Assembly (NCBI GenBank): GCA_038244165.1
Contig: JBBRTT010000010.1
Span: forward strand, 11,905 to 75,904
Length of the DNA: 64,000 nt
Origin: Lysobacterales bacterium
Lineage (GTDB): Bacteria; Pseudomonadota; Gammaproteobacteria; Xanthomonadales; Rhodanobacteraceae
Direction: 5' to 3'
The translations under genes and the position numbers were made by a program. This document shows positions 29,875 to 39,728 of the stretch, piece after piece. Under the pieces are notes generated by a model. The model was not told where the DNA came from. It was given only the letters and a program-made list of their open reading frames with translations, and did no database searches. Every line of letters begins with the position of its first letter. The first letter of the stretch is position 1.

Positions 29875-30863
29875 ACCGTCGCAAATCCACGAACCGTCTG
29901 AAACCGGTGGCGCCGGCGCGGGTGCCCGTCGTTCGTTCGCGTACCGGAATGCGCGCCTGGCGCGAACAACATCTGTACAGCTTGTTTTCGAGTCTTGGCC
30001 GGCTCGTCGCGCGACCGTGGGCCACCGCGCTGACCTTGGCAGTGATGAGCCTGGCCATGGCGCTGCCGCTCTTGTTCTGGCTGCTGCTCGACAATGCGCG
30101 CCAGCTTGGCGGCAGTGTCGAGGATGCGCGCGCGCTTAGCGTGTTTCTCAAGCCCGACATGGACGCCGCGGTCGTTCAGGCATTCGCGCGCACTGTGCGC
30201 GAGCGCACCGACGTGGCGGCAGTGGAGGTCAAAACTCCGGATCAGGGCCTGGCTGAATTCCGCGGTCAGTCCGGGTTTGCCGATGCACTCAAGGTTTTGC
30301 ACTACAATCCCCTGCCAGCGGTGCTGATCGTCACGCCGCGCAGCGATGCCTTGGCTGTCGATGCGGCGCCGGCATTGGTGGCGGAATTGCAACGCGATCC
30401 GGCGGTGGATCTGGTGCAATACGATGCACAATGGCGGCAGCGATTGAATGCAATCCTGGCGCTGACCGCACGCGTAGCGATGGTGCTGGCGGGCCTGCTG
30501 GGAATGGCGGCACTGTTGGTGGTAGGCAATACGGTGCGCCTTGATATCCAGGGACGCAGCGACGAGATTGCGGTGATGCAGTTGCTCGGCGCCAATGATG
30601 GTTTTGTGCGCCGCCCATTTTTGTATACCGGCTTCTGGTATGGAGCGTTTGCAGGGGTGCTGAGCTTGGTGCTGATCGGAATTGTCGAGTGGGCCCTGGC
30701 CGCGCCGCTGGCGCAGCTGGCGGCAAGCTACGAGCATCGATTCGATGTGCATGGGCTGGCGTTGGCGGACATGGGCATCGTGCTTGGCGCGGGAGCGCTG
30801 CTCGGCTGGCTCGGAGCCTGGCTGGCTGCGTCGCGTCATATAGCGCTCGGCCAGCCGCAGTAA
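29871..30863 (+). CDS. ftsX: Cell-division permease FtsX
   Basis: NPLP, VVGNTVRLDI...EIAVMQLLGA.DGFVRRPFLY. Confidence 0.95.
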   Translation: MNRRKSTNRLKPVAPARVPVVRSRTGMRAWREQHLYSLFSSLGRLVARPWATALTLAVMSLAMALPLLFWLLLDNARQLGGSVEDARALSVFLKPDMDAAVVQAFARTVRERTDVAAVEVKTPDQGLAEFRGQSGFADALKVLHYNPLPAVLIVTPRSDALAVDAAPALVAELQRDPAVDLVQYDAQWRQRLNAILALTARVAMVLAGLLGMAALLVVGNTVRLDIQGRSDEIAVMQLLGANDGFVRRPFLYTGFWYGAFAGVLSLVLIGIVEWALAAPLAQLAASYEHRFDVHGLALADMGIVLGAGALLGWLGAWLAASRHIALGQPQ

Positions 30864-30875
30864 ACCAGAGACTGA

Positions 30876-31727
30876 ATGATGGAAAGCGCACTCACCCGCC
30901 ATATCGCCAGCGAAACACCGCGGGTCATGGTGGTGGACGGCTCCAAAGTCGTGCGCCGCCTGATCGAGCAATTGCTCAAGGCCGATCTGCCCGGCGTTAC
31001 CGTGTTGTCGTGCGAAACCGGCGCGGAAGCCAAGCACCAGCTCGAAGCCGGAGTCGTTGATCTGGTCACCACGGCACTGCGCCTGCCCGACATGGATGGC
31101 CTGGAGCTGGCGCGCTACGTGCGCGAACATGCGCCGCAGGCGTACATCCCGATCGTGATTGTCTCCGGCGACGTCAACGAACGCCTGATCAATCGGGAAT
31201 TGTCCGAATACGTTACCGACTATTTCGACAAGTCGCTCGGGTTCAATGCGTTGACCACGTTCATTCGCGGCTACGTGCGCCCGGCAACACAGGCTTCCGG
31301 CGATGTGCTGTACGTCGAGGACAGTCGCGTGGTTGCCCTGGCGACCCGCCGCATGCTGGAAAAATACGGGCTGACCGTGCTGCATGTCACCAGCGTCGAA
31401 GATGCGGTGGCGATGCTCGAAACGGCGATGGCCCAGGGGCGCATTCCGGGCGTCGATGTGGTGCTTTCGGATGTGAACCTGAAAGGCGAGCTCACTGGCG
31501 GCGATCTGCTGGATCGCCTGCGCAATGAATTTTGCTATTCCAAAGGCCAGTTGCCGGTGCTGATCATGACCGGTGATGACAATCCGCGGAACCAGGCTGC
31601 CCTGCTGCGTGCGGGGGCGAACGATCTGGTGCAGAAACCGATCGAGGAGCGCCTGCTCATCACCAAGCTTCTGTTCCAGATGCGCGTGTCCAAGCATCTG
31701 CGCGAACGGGCCGCCAGCGCGGCGTGA
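30876..31727 (+). CDS. Response regulator with two receiver domains and no output domain
   Basis: REC1 (VMVVDGS...PDMDGLEL) and REC2 (LYVEDS...VLSDVNL...GANDLVQKP). Confidence 0.85.
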   Translation: MMESALTRHIASETPRVMVVDGSKVVRRLIEQLLKADLPGVTVLSCETGAEAKHQLEAGVVDLVTTALRLPDMDGLELARYVREHAPQAYIPIVIVSGDVNERLINRELSEYVTDYFDKSLGFNALTTFIRGYVRPATQASGDVLYVEDSRVVALATRRMLEKYGLTVLHVTSVEDAVAMLETAMAQGRIPGVDVVLSDVNLKGELTGGDLLDRLRNEFCYSKGQLPVLIMTGDDNPRNQAALLRAGANDLVQKPIEERLLITKLLFQMRVSKHLRERAASAA

Positions 31728-32431
31728 GCCAGAAGCTCAAACTCGAGGCGTCATGGAAGGCGCGGGTCGGGGATTATTTCGATCGACCGGAAATGCAGCG
31801 GCTCGCGCAATTCCTGCGCGATGAACTGCGCGCGGGCAAGATCGTTCATCCTGCGCCGGCAAAGATTTTTGCTGCGCTCGATGCCACACCTTTCGATCAA
31901 GTCAAAGTCGTCATCCTCGGGCAGGATCCGTATCACGGTTCCGGTCAGGCACACGGTTTGTGCTTCTCGGTGTTGCCTGGTGTGCCGCCGCCGCCGTCGT
32001 TGGAGAACATCTTCAAAGAGCTGCAGCGCGATCTGGGCCTGCCGCGTCCGGATCACGGCTGTTTGTCGGCGTGGGCGCAACGGGGGGTCTTGTTGCTCAA
32101 TTCCGTGCTCACGGTCGAGCATGGGCTGGCCGGTTCGCACCAGGGCAAGGGCTGGGAAGGCTTTACCGATGCGGTGGTTGATCATCTGAATCACGAACGC
32201 GAGGGTCTGGTCTTCCTGCTATGGGGTAGCTACGCCCAAGCGAAGGGAAAATTGATTGATACGCGCCGGCACCGGGTGCTGAAGGCACCGCACCCATCGC
32301 CCCTGTCTGCCCACCGCGGGTTTATTGGATGTGAACATTTTTCCTTGTCGAACAAGTGGTTGCGGGATAACGGCCAAGCCGAGATCGATTGGCGTCTGCC
32401 TCCCGTGACGGGTCTTGCCGCGGGCCTCTGA
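31724..32431 (+). CDS. ung: Uracil-DNA glycosylase
   Basis: [36 protein letters not shown]. Confidence 0.97.
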   Translation: MSQKLKLEASWKARVGDYFDRPEMQRLAQFLRDELRAGKIVHPAPAKIFAALDATPFDQVKVVILGQDPYHGSGQAHGLCFSVLPGVPPPPSLENIFKELQRDLGLPRPDHGCLSAWAQRGVLLLNSVLTVEHGLAGSHQGKGWEGFTDAVVDHLNHEREGLVFLLWGSYAQAKGKLIDTRRHRVLKAPHPSPLSAHRGFIGCEHFSLSNKWLRDNGQAEIDWRLPPVTGLAAGL

Positions 32432-32494
32432 ATTGGTGTACCATTCAGTTCAGAAACTCTGGCGAAATTATCCTAGAGTGAACTTTTGGCACCT

Positions 32495-32521
32495 TTAGCA
32501 CTCTCATATCTCGAGTGCTAA
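32495..32521. promoter_or_regulatory. CIRCE element (HrcA operator) upstream of rpoH
   Basis: TTAGCACTC-TCATATCTC-GAGTGCTAA is a perfect match to TTAGCACTC-N9-GAGTGCTAA. Confidence 0.95.
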
Positions 32522-32543
32522 AATGCGCTCCAAGGAGACCTGC

Positions 32544-33407
32544 ATGACAATGAATGCCTTAGTGGCAAACAATCTTCCGATCCCGAGCGCGTTGGGAAGT
32601 CTGGACGCGTACGTCTCTAACGTGCACCAGATTCCGGTGCTGACGCTCGAGCAGGAGCAGGCGCTGGCGCGTCGCTACGGTAGCGAAAACGATCTCGATG
32701 CCGCCCGCCAACTGGTGATGTCGCATCTGCGTTTCGTCGTTCACGTCGCGCGTGGCTACAACGGCTATGGCCTGCAGTTGGCGGACCTTATCCAGGAAGG
32801 CAATATCGGTCTGATGAAGGCGGTCAAGCGCTTCAATCCGGATATGGGTGTGCGTCTGGTCTCGTTTGCCGTGCACTGGATTCGTGCCGAAATGCACGAG
32901 TTCATTTTGCGCAATTGGCGCATTGTGAAAATTGCGACAACCAAGGCGCAGCGAAAGTTGTTCTTCAACCTGCGCAAGTCCAAGAAGCGCCTGGGCTGGA
33001 TGAATTCCAAAGAAGTGCAAGCCGTGGCGAAGGATCTGGGCGTGCCGGTTGCCGATGTGCTGGAAATGGAGTCGCGCCTGTCCGGTCACGACATGGCATT
33101 CGATGCGCCGACTGACGCCGACGACGAATCCAAGCCCTCACCGGGGGCGTATCTCGTCGACAATGCCGCCGATCCATACCACACGCTGGAAAATGAAAAT
33201 CAGGAAGAGTCCGATCTGGATTCGTTGAAGCAGGGCTTGGCAAAACTCGATGCGCGCTCGCGCGACATCATTCAGCGCCGTTGGCTGCGCGATGAAGACA
33301 AGGCGACCTTGCAGGAACTGGCCGACGAATACGGCGTTTCGGCCGAGCGCATTCGTCAGGTCGAAGTCAACGCCATGAAGAAGATGCGCACGCTGTTCGC
33401 TGCTTGA
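32544..33407 (+). CDS. rpoH: RNA polymerase sigma-32 factor
   Basis: [14 protein letters not shown], RpoH box [26 protein letters not shown]; AGGAG RBS before ATG 32544. Confidence 0.97.
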   Translation: MTMNALVANNLPIPSALGSLDAYVSNVHQIPVLTLEQEQALARRYGSENDLDAARQLVMSHLRFVVHVARGYNGYGLQLADLIQEGNIGLMKAVKRFNPDMGVRLVSFAVHWIRAEMHEFILRNWRIVKIATTKAQRKLFFNLRKSKKRLGWMNSKEVQAVAKDLGVPVADVLEMESRLSGHDMAFDAPTDADDESKPSPGAYLVDNAADPYHTLENENQEESDLDSLKQGLAKLDARSRDIIQRRWLRDEDKATLQELADEYGVSAERIRQVEVNAMKKMRTLFAA

Positions 33408-33433
33408 ATCCGGCGTCAATCGCACGCTAGCCG

Positions 33434-33461
33434 ACGGCCCCGCATGGGGCCGTTTGCTTTT
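33434..33461 (+). terminator. Intrinsic terminator after rpoH
   Basis: ACGGCCCC-GCAT-GGGGCCGT followed by TTGCTTTT. Confidence 0.75.
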
Positions 33462-33479
33462 GCGTCAAACAATCGCGCG

Positions 33480-33533
33480 TCAGTACAAATCCCCGCATCA
33501 ATTCAAATCCCCGCATCAATACAGATCCATCGG
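33480..33533. repeat. Three imperfect 18-bp tandem copies covering the priA stop codon
   Basis: TCAGTACAAATCCCCGCA / TCAATTCAAATCCCCGCA / TCAATACAGATCCATCGG. Confidence 0.7.
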
Positions 33534-35696
33534 ATCGACATCGAGCGACCAGCGCACCTGAGGCGCTTGCTTCAGGGCCCGCACCTGCTCGATCCAGGCG
33601 GGCAAGAATGCATGCAGCGGAGCGCGCTCGCCGGCACTCAACAGCAATTGACCGCGGACCATACCCGCGCGGCGTGGCATCGGTGCCGGCATTGGACCGA
33701 GCAGACTCACGCCATCGGGCGCTCCCGCCACCACGCTGGCTTGGGCGAGGAATTCGTCGACTGGCGTTTGTGTTTTTGCCTGGGCGCGCAGTAGCGCCAG
33801 GTGCGCATACGGCGGCAGTCCGGCATCGCGGCGTTCCTGCAGCAACTGGTGCGCGACTGCGGCGTAGCCGTTCCGAAGCAGGTTGCGCAACAGCGGATCG
33901 TCGGGGTGGTGGGTCTGTAGCCAGACCGTTCCTGCTTTGCGTGCACGTCCGGCGCGTCCGGAAACTTGCACGATCAGCTGACACAGGCGCTCACTGGCGC
34001 GGAAGTCCACGCTGAACAACCCCTCGTCGACGCCGACCAGACCCACCATGGTGAGATTTGGCAAGTCATGCCCCTTGGCCAGCATCTGCGTACCGACCAG
34101 GATGCCGGGTTGATCCGACCCAAGTTGGCCGAGCAGTGTGTCGAGTGCATCTTTGCGCCGCGTCGTTTCGCGATCGATGCGGATCACTGGCACGCCCGGA
34201 AACAACGCAACGAGCGTCTGCTCCAGGCGTTCGGTGCCATGGCCCTGCGGCGCCAATGCGGCATTGTTGCATTGTGGACATTGTGTTGGCACGCGCTGGT
34301 TGGCGCCGCAATGGTGGCAGCGCAGCCGCGCCGCGCCGCGATGCCAGGTCAATGGCTTGTCGCAACGCACACACGCCGCGTGCCAGCCGCAGTCGTGGCA
34401 CATGAGCACCGGCGCATAACCACGTCGGTTGCGGAACAGCAGCGCCTGTTCACCGCGGCCGATGCAGGCGCGAACAGCGGCGATCATTTCCGGGGCCAGG
34501 CCGTCGGCCAGGTGCTTGCCGCGCAGATCGATGCAATGCGTCTGCGGCACGCGCGCGGTGCCGGGTCGCGAACTCAACGGCAATCGCTGATAACGGCCGT
34601 TGTCGACGTTGGCCAGGGTCTCCAGCGACGGCGTAGCCGAACCCAGTACCACCGGCACACCGAACGCCTTGGCGCGGACGAGCGCCAGATCACGCGCCGA
34701 ATAACGCAAGCCTTCCTGCTGCTTGTAGGAGGCATCGTGTTCCTCGTCGACGATGACCAGGCCGGCGCGAGGCAGCGGCGCGAAAATCGCCGAGCGGGTG
34801 CCGAGGACGACGCCGGCCTCGCCGCGACAGGCAGCGAGCCAGGCACGGGTGCGTTCGCCCTCGGCCAGATTGGAGTGCAACAAGGCAATCCGGCACGGCA
34901 AGCGTTCCTGGAAGCGACGCAGGAGTTGCGGCGTCAGGCCGATCTCCGGCACCAGCACGAGCGCCTGCTCGCCGCGCGCCAGGGTCTGCTCGATCAGCGC
35001 CAGATAGACCTCGGTCTTGCCACTGCCGGTGATGCCTTCCAGCAAGAACGGTGCATAGCCGCCGAGAGTTTGCGAGATCGCGGCGACGGCTTGTTGCTGC
35101 TCGGTCGTCAGCGGCGGCGGGTCGATGCGGACCCGTGGCAACGCGCTTGCGTCCAGCCGGGTGCTGGCGACCAGGCCGCGTCGCCGCAGATTCGTCGCGG
35201 CGCGGCGCCAGTTCGGGAGCAACCCGTCCAGCATCGCCGTGGGCAACGGACCACGATCGAGCAGCGCAAGCAGCTCTGCGCTTGCAGATCCGGCGCGCCC
35301 ACCCGGTTCGAGCTTCGCGTCGGCGACGAGTATCAGCGCGGGTTCGCCCTCCGCAGGCAGGGCGCGTGCTGTGCGCAGGCCGGCGGGCAGGGCAGTTTCC
35401 ACCACCTCGCCCAGCGGGTGCAGGTAATAGCGGCTGAGCCATTGCAGGGTCGCGAGCAACTCGCTCGTGATCAGCGGCTGCGGGTCGAGCACGGCACTGG
35501 CCGCTTTGAGTCGGTTCGGTGCGAGCTCGGAATGATCCAGGGTTTCGATGACGATGCCGACCCGCTGGCCGCGCCCAAACGGCAGACTGACGCGCGTGCC
35601 GGGAAGGATGGTGCTGGCGTCGATTCCCGCTGGTGGCAGATAGTCGAACAGGCGCGGCAAGGGCACTGGAATCGCTACGCGCAGGATCGCTTTCAT
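33516..35696 (-). CDS. priA: Primosomal protein N' (replication-restart helicase)
   Basis: GITGSGKTEVY, LVPEIGLTPQ, DEEHD, NRRGY, two Zn-finger CxxC pairs, GTQMLAKGHD, WSLDVDP. Confidence 0.97.
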   Translation of the reverse strand: MKAILRVAIPVPLPRLFDYLPPAGIDASTILPGTRVSLPFGRGQRVGIVIETLDHSELAPNRLKAASAVLDPQPLITSELLATLQWLSRYYLHPLGEVVETALPAGLRTARALPAEGEPALILVADAKLEPGGRAGSASAELLALLDRGPLPTAMLDGLLPNWRRAATNLRRRGLVASTRLDASALPRVRIDPPPLTTEQQQAVAAISQTLGGYAPFLLEGITGSGKTEVYLALIEQTLARGEQALVLVPEIGLTPQLLRRFQERLPCRIALLHSNLAEGERTRAWLAACRGEAGVVLGTRSAIFAPLPRAGLVIVDEEHDASYKQQEGLRYSARDLALVRAKAFGVPVVLGSATPSLETLANVDNGRYQRLPLSSRPGTARVPQTHCIDLRGKHLADGLAPEMIAAVRACIGRGEQALLFRNRRGYAPVLMCHDCGWHAACVRCDKPLTWHRGAARLRCHHCGANQRVPTQCPQCNNAALAPQGHGTERLEQTLVALFPGVPVIRIDRETTRRKDALDTLLGQLGSDQPGILVGTQMLAKGHDLPNLTMVGLVGVDEGLFSVDFRASERLCQLIVQVSGRAGRARKAGTVWLQTHHPDDPLLRNLLRNGYAAVAHQLLQERRDAGLPPYAHLALLRAQAKTQTPVDEFLAQASVVAGAPDGVSLLGPMPAPMPRRAGMVRGQLLLSAGERAPLHAFLPAWIEQVRALKQAPQVRWSLDVDPMDLY

Positions 35697-35714
35697 GCGC
35701 TGTTCCAGACGTGG

Positions 35715-36017
35715 TTATGCGCAGGAGTCATGGTTTGGATGGAAATCGTAAGTAAAAACTCAAGATGTTCGTTCAAGTCACGGGAAAAAATCATTTTTTT
35801 CGCTTATCCACAAGAGCTGTGGATAAGTCTGTGCATGGGTCTTTGCGCAGGCCTGCGCAAAGCCCATGGTTACGAGGCCGCGACCAGCTTGGCGAAACTT
35901 TAACCAATATGAAATATATATTCCAAATCAGAGGCTTACAAAAGAAAAAATGTGGAAAATGCAGCAATTCACAAAACTGTCGCAGAGTCTGCGACGACCA
36001 AACCGGGTTGTGCACAA
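35715..36017. promoter_or_regulatory. DnaA-box cluster with an IHF-like site (DARS/datA-like element or DnaA-controlled promoter)
   Basis: TTATCCACA 35804-35812; inverted TGTGGATAA 35818-35826; TGTGGAAAA 35951-35959; one-mismatch boxes at 35715 and 36008; AATCAGAGGCTTA 35926-35938 matches WATCARN4TTR; AT-rich context. Confidence 0.75.
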
Positions 36018-36059
36018 CCGTGCCGCGTGATGCTGTGCGTCATCCGGCTCGGCGGGCGG

Positions 36060-36087
36060 TCAACCGAGCGCTTGGCGGCGCGTTGTA
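36060..36087 (+). promoter_or_regulatory. Putative autoregulated ECF promoter
   Basis: TCAACC-N15-CGTTGTA has the AAC (-35) and CGT (-10) cores typical of ECF promoters and lies just upstream of an ECF gene. Confidence 0.45.
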
Positions 36088-36109
36088 AACCCTCGTGCGA
36101 GCATACGCC

Positions 36110-36718
36110 ATGGATACAATGACGCCTACAATCCCCCTGACCTTGGCAGCAAGCTGGATATCCGAGCGCGTGGACGCGGCCCAAGACGACAAGCGCACGC
36201 TGGATCTGTTTCTCAAGGGCGTGGAACGCCGGGCATTGCGCATGGCCGAGCTTGCCACAGCCCAGCGTGACGAAGCGCTGGATCTGGTGCAGGACGCGAT
36301 GTTCGGCTTCGTCAGGCACTACGCCAGCAAGCCCCCGCAAGAATGGGCTCCGCTATTTTATCGAGTGCTCGACAGCCGTCTGAACGATTGGCATCGGCGG
36401 CGCCAGGTGCGCAGTCGCTGGATGACGGTATTTACCCGGGATCCGGGCGATGATGAAACGGATGAAATTGCCCAGGCACCTGACCTGAATGATCCAGGTC
36501 CGCTGCTGCGCCTGGCCGGTGGCGAGGCGGCGCGGGACCTGGATGCCGCGCTCACCCGCCTGCCGCTGCGCCAGCGTCAGGCCTTCCTGCTGCGCGTGTG
36601 GGAGGGCTTTGACGTGGCGGCAACGGCCAAATCCATGCGCTGCAGCGAAGGCAGCGTAAAAACGCATCTCTCGCGCGCCTTGACGGCGCTGCGGCGCGCG
36701 TTGGAGGATCACGCATGA
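36110..36718 (+). CDS. ECF RNA polymerase sigma factor
   Basis: DEALDLVQDAM (sigma2), LPLRQRQAFLLR..EG.DV..TA..M.CSEGSVKTHLSRA (sigma4). Confidence 0.92.
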   Translation: MDTMTPTIPLTLAASWISERVDAAQDDKRTLDLFLKGVERRALRMAELATAQRDEALDLVQDAMFGFVRHYASKPPQEWAPLFYRVLDSRLNDWHRRRQVRSRWMTVFTRDPGDDETDEIAQAPDLNDPGPLLRLAGGEAARDLDAALTRLPLRQRQAFLLRVWEGFDVAATAKSMRCSEGSVKTHLSRALTALRRALEDHA

Positions 36719-37098
36719 ACCCATTGGACCAGGACAACTGGACCAGGCGTGCCAAGACCTTGCTGGACGAGTCCGCCGAAGGCCTGGATGCTGCCACCTT
36801 GTCGCGGCTCAATCGTGCGCGCCAGGCTGCATTGCGGCGAGTGCGGCCACGCGCAGCCCAGCGCTGGTTTCTGCCTGCAGGAATGGCCAGTGCCGGCGTC
36901 CTGCTGTTCGCGGTCGTTGCCTGGCACGCGCAGGGGCCGGGTGGCGCGGGGCGCATCCAAGATTTGCCGTTCCCAGCCAGCGCAAGCCCCACCAGTAGCG
37001 ATATCGATCTGGTTTCCAGCGACGACAATCTTGAGTTGTACCAAGACCTGGAGTTCTACGCGTGGTTGGATGCACAGGATCAAGGTTCCGACGGTTGA
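36715..37098 (+). CDS. Putative membrane anti-sigma factor (DUF3619-like)
   Basis: LDAATLSRLNRARQAAL, a single TM helix, C-terminal DLEFYAWL; overlaps the sigma stop. Confidence 0.75.
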   Translation: MNPLDQDNWTRRAKTLLDESAEGLDAATLSRLNRARQAALRRVRPRAAQRWFLPAGMASAGVLLFAVVAWHAQGPGGAGRIQDLPFPASASPTSSDIDLVSSDDNLELYQDLEFYAWLDAQDQGSDG

Positions 37099-37376
37099 CC
37101 GTTCTGTTCGTCGCGGGGATCGCGGCGGGCAGCGTAGTCGCACAGGCGCCGCCGGCCAATACGGCCGCGTCGCCACCGACGTCGCCACGCGACGCGGAAA
37201 AAATGCAAGGGCAGCACGCTAGGAATATGGATAAAAGTACAAAAGTGGAAACCCATCCCGATGCAGCCCTGATCGAATACCTGGGCGAGTACGATGAGGC
37301 CGCCGACGGTCTTGATCCCATGGGACTGACCGATCCCGAAGTGGTGTCGTCCAAATTCGGCGACGGCCACGGATGA
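37062..37376 (+). CDS. Small exported hypothetical protein
   Basis: Signal-like N-terminus, PDAALIEYLGEYD motif; fills the operon gap and overlaps the next start. Start uncertain. Confidence 0.55.
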   Translation: MVGCTGSRFRRLTVLFVAGIAAGSVVAQAPPANTAASPPTSPRDAEKMQGQHARNMDKSTKVETHPDAALIEYLGEYDEAADGLDPMGLTDPEVVSSKFGDGHG

Positions 37377-38092
37377 TGCGCATGCGCCGACTTGCTCGAT
37401 TGATCGCAGCCGCGGCAATTTCCCTTGCTGCCGCCACGGCCGGGGCCCGGGATAGCCAGCCGCCCAGCCAGCCGCCGCAGACCGTCATCGGCGTGGCGTC
37501 GGTACCGTGGTCGGCGTTGAGTCCGGCCGAGCAGCAGGTGCTCACACCGGTGCAGGAAAAATGGGCGCAACTGCCGCCTGGTGCCCAGCAACGGCTACAA
37601 CGCGGCGCACAACGCTGGTCGACTCTGACTCCCGAACAACGCGAGAAAGTGCAGGAGCGCTTTCGCAAATGGAATGGTCTGGATGCCGAACAGCGCGAAA
37701 GAATGCGCGCCCGCTTCGAGCAATTCCGCAATTTGCCGCCGGATCAGCAGCAGCGTATCCGCAAGGCCTTCCGACGCTTCGGGGGCTTGCCGCCGGCGCA
37801 ACGCAAGCAGCTGCGCGACAAGTTCGAGCAGATGAATCCGCAAGAACGTCAGGCCTTTCTCGCTGGCGCGGCAGCACAGAACCGCGCCGGGATGGCGCAT
37901 GAATTATTGCAGTCGCTACCTGTCGAAGAGCGCCGGCCGACCCGGCAGATGCTGCAGTCGCTCAGCCAGGAACAGCGCCGTGCATTCCGCCAGACATGGC
38001 TTGGCTTGCCAGCGGAGCAGCGCGAGGCATATCGCCGAAAATTGTTGCAGATGTCACCCGAGCAGCGCGAAGTGGAACTGGCGAAACCCTGA
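37373..38092 (+). CDS. DUF3106-like periplasmic helical-repeat protein
   Basis: Signal peptide, then repeated [WF]xxL[PST]xEQR units. Confidence 0.8.
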   Translation: MMRMRRLARLIAAAAISLAAATAGARDSQPPSQPPQTVIGVASVPWSALSPAEQQVLTPVQEKWAQLPPGAQQRLQRGAQRWSTLTPEQREKVQERFRKWNGLDAEQRERMRARFEQFRNLPPDQQQRIRKAFRRFGGLPPAQRKQLRDKFEQMNPQERQAFLAGAAAQNRAGMAHELLQSLPVEERRPTRQMLQSLSQEQRRAFRQTWLGLPAEQREAYRRKLLQMSPEQREVELAKP

Positions 38093-38112
38093 TTGAACCT
38101 GATGCGTCAGCT

Positions 38113-38424
38113 TCAGTCCTGGGCCAATGCTTGCAAAATCCGCCGGCTGGCACTGAATCGACCGGCGAAACGCGTCTGGCCGTCGGCACGCATGCGTGGC
38201 GCATCGACGCGCAGATAGCGATCTAGATCCCCCGAACTCGCCAGTCGATATTGGACGCTGAGGCTGCGTCGTTGCGCTGCGCGAGGCGGATCGCGCCGTT
38301 CGAATACTTCAGCGCCGATGAAACCGGGCAAGGTCAGCATCGCGCGAATGTGTTCGTCCAGCCATGTGCGATACGCCGGGAAGATGGCGTCATCCACATC
38401 GAGATTGACTTCGTACACGATCAC
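38113..38424 (-). CDS. DUF4286-like small protein
   Basis: From GTG 38424: IVYEVNL...W L.EHI.AMLTLPGF..A...LDRYL..DAPRMRADG..RF..RFSA.RRIL. Confidence 0.75.
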   Translation of the reverse strand: MIVYEVNLDVDDAIFPAYRTWLDEHIRAMLTLPGFIGAEVFERRDPPRAAQRRSLSVQYRLASSGDLDRYLRVDAPRMRADGQTRFAGRFSASRRILQALAQD

Positions 38425-39635
38425 GTTGTCGCCAGGCTTACCAGGAATGCCACGGCCGCGCCCAACGTGATCATGATCGTGTAGCACAGGCCGATCACGC
38501 AGAATTTCAACGTGGTGAAGAACCAGCCCTGTTTGTATACTTTTTTCTGCATCAGGAAAAGGTAGATCGGCACCCACCAGCACATGACGAAGATCAGCAG
38601 GCCCAGTGGGGCGTAGAGCCAGTGCGCCCGTTCCTGGACGGCGCCATGCGCTAGAACCACCAGCGTGATCAGCAGCAGTGAAATAAATATGAAACTGTGG
38701 CTGTGCAGGGCGATGATCAGGTGTTCCATGTACAGACGGCGTTTGAAGATATAGAAAATCTTCAGCAGCAAGGCGAACAGCGGCATCAACACGAACAGCA
38801 CCTGCGGCAGCACGCTGAAGATGCCGACAACGAAGGGTTTTGGGTCCTGGGTTATCCGCTTCAGATTGTCGCGCGCACGTACGCCGAGCTTGGTGAGCTT
38901 GGCATTGGCGGCATCGGGCAGCCAAGCAATGTGCACTGGATCAGCGACGGGATCCCACTTGCTCACTCCCAGCGAGATTCCTTTTTCGTCGTCGGCCTCG
39001 GCAACTTGAGGCGCTGCCTCGCCCTTGGCCTTCGCGTCAGCGCTGCGTTGCAGGTATGCAATACGCTTGTCGGCCCTGCTGCGAATGACGTCAGCGGCCT
39101 TGTCCATGCCCTTGGCCGCCGCGGCTGGGAAGCCCGGCGTCGCTTTCGCTTTCTCGATTTCCGCCAGTCCCAGGTCACGCGCAGCGATGACTTCCTGCGG
39201 CGTCTGCGCGACAACGATCTTGTCGCCAGCATCACTATGTATGGCATTGGCCATATCCAGCGAGTCCAGACTCCACTGAATCAGCAGGAACGCGGCAATG
39301 CTGAGGAAAAAATATAGTCGGAACGGTGTGACGTACCGCACGCGGCGCCCGGCGAAATATTCGTTGGAAAGATAGCCCGGGCGGAAATACAGCGGAAACA
39401 GCGTGCGGAAAATGCGCGAGTCGATATTGAAAATCGTGTCGGCGACGTCATGCAGCATGCTCGAAAGCGGTCGGATCATCCCCTTGACTGGCTGGCCACA
39501 GGAGTAGCAATGCTTGCCGTGCAGCTCGGCACCGCAATTGGCACATAGCGTTTTTGTCGCGGGCGGCGCGACGGCCGGGGTTGCGGGAGCCGGATCCGAT
39601 TCCGGGGTGGGGGCAGTGGCATCGGGGGTATTCAT
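38421..39635 (-). CDS. DUF3667-domain membrane protein with a Zn-ribbon
   Basis: CANCG...HCYSCGQ, RPG.L..EYF.GRR.RYV.PFRLY, Y.EHLI.ALH.HSF; ATG 39635. Confidence 0.85.
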   Translation of the reverse strand: MNTPDATAPTPESDPAPATPAVAPPATKTLCANCGAELHGKHCYSCGQPVKGMIRPLSSMLHDVADTIFNIDSRIFRTLFPLYFRPGYLSNEYFAGRRVRYVTPFRLYFFLSIAAFLLIQWSLDSLDMANAIHSDAGDKIVVAQTPQEVIAARDLGLAEIEKAKATPGFPAAAAKGMDKAADVIRSRADKRIAYLQRSADAKAKGEAAPQVAEADDEKGISLGVSKWDPVADPVHIAWLPDAANAKLTKLGVRARDNLKRITQDPKPFVVGIFSVLPQVLFVLMPLFALLLKIFYIFKRRLYMEHLIIALHSHSFIFISLLLITLVVLAHGAVQERAHWLYAPLGLLIFVMCWWVPIYLFLMQKKVYKQGWFFTTLKFCVIGLCYTIMITLGAAVAFLVSLATT

Positions 39636-39728
39636 CGCGCGCACTTTAGCCGATTCCGCGCCTGTGCAGCAGCCGGTGGAGGTTGCGTCTTCGGCTACAC
39701 TGCGCAACCGAAGTTGGCCCTTGAACGC

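Noticed and set aside
35715-36020. DnaA-box cluster as the chromosomal origin oriC
   Set aside because: No dnaA, dnaN, gyrB, rpmH or gidA nearby and no clear unwinding-element repeats. Kept as a DARS/datA-like candidate instead.
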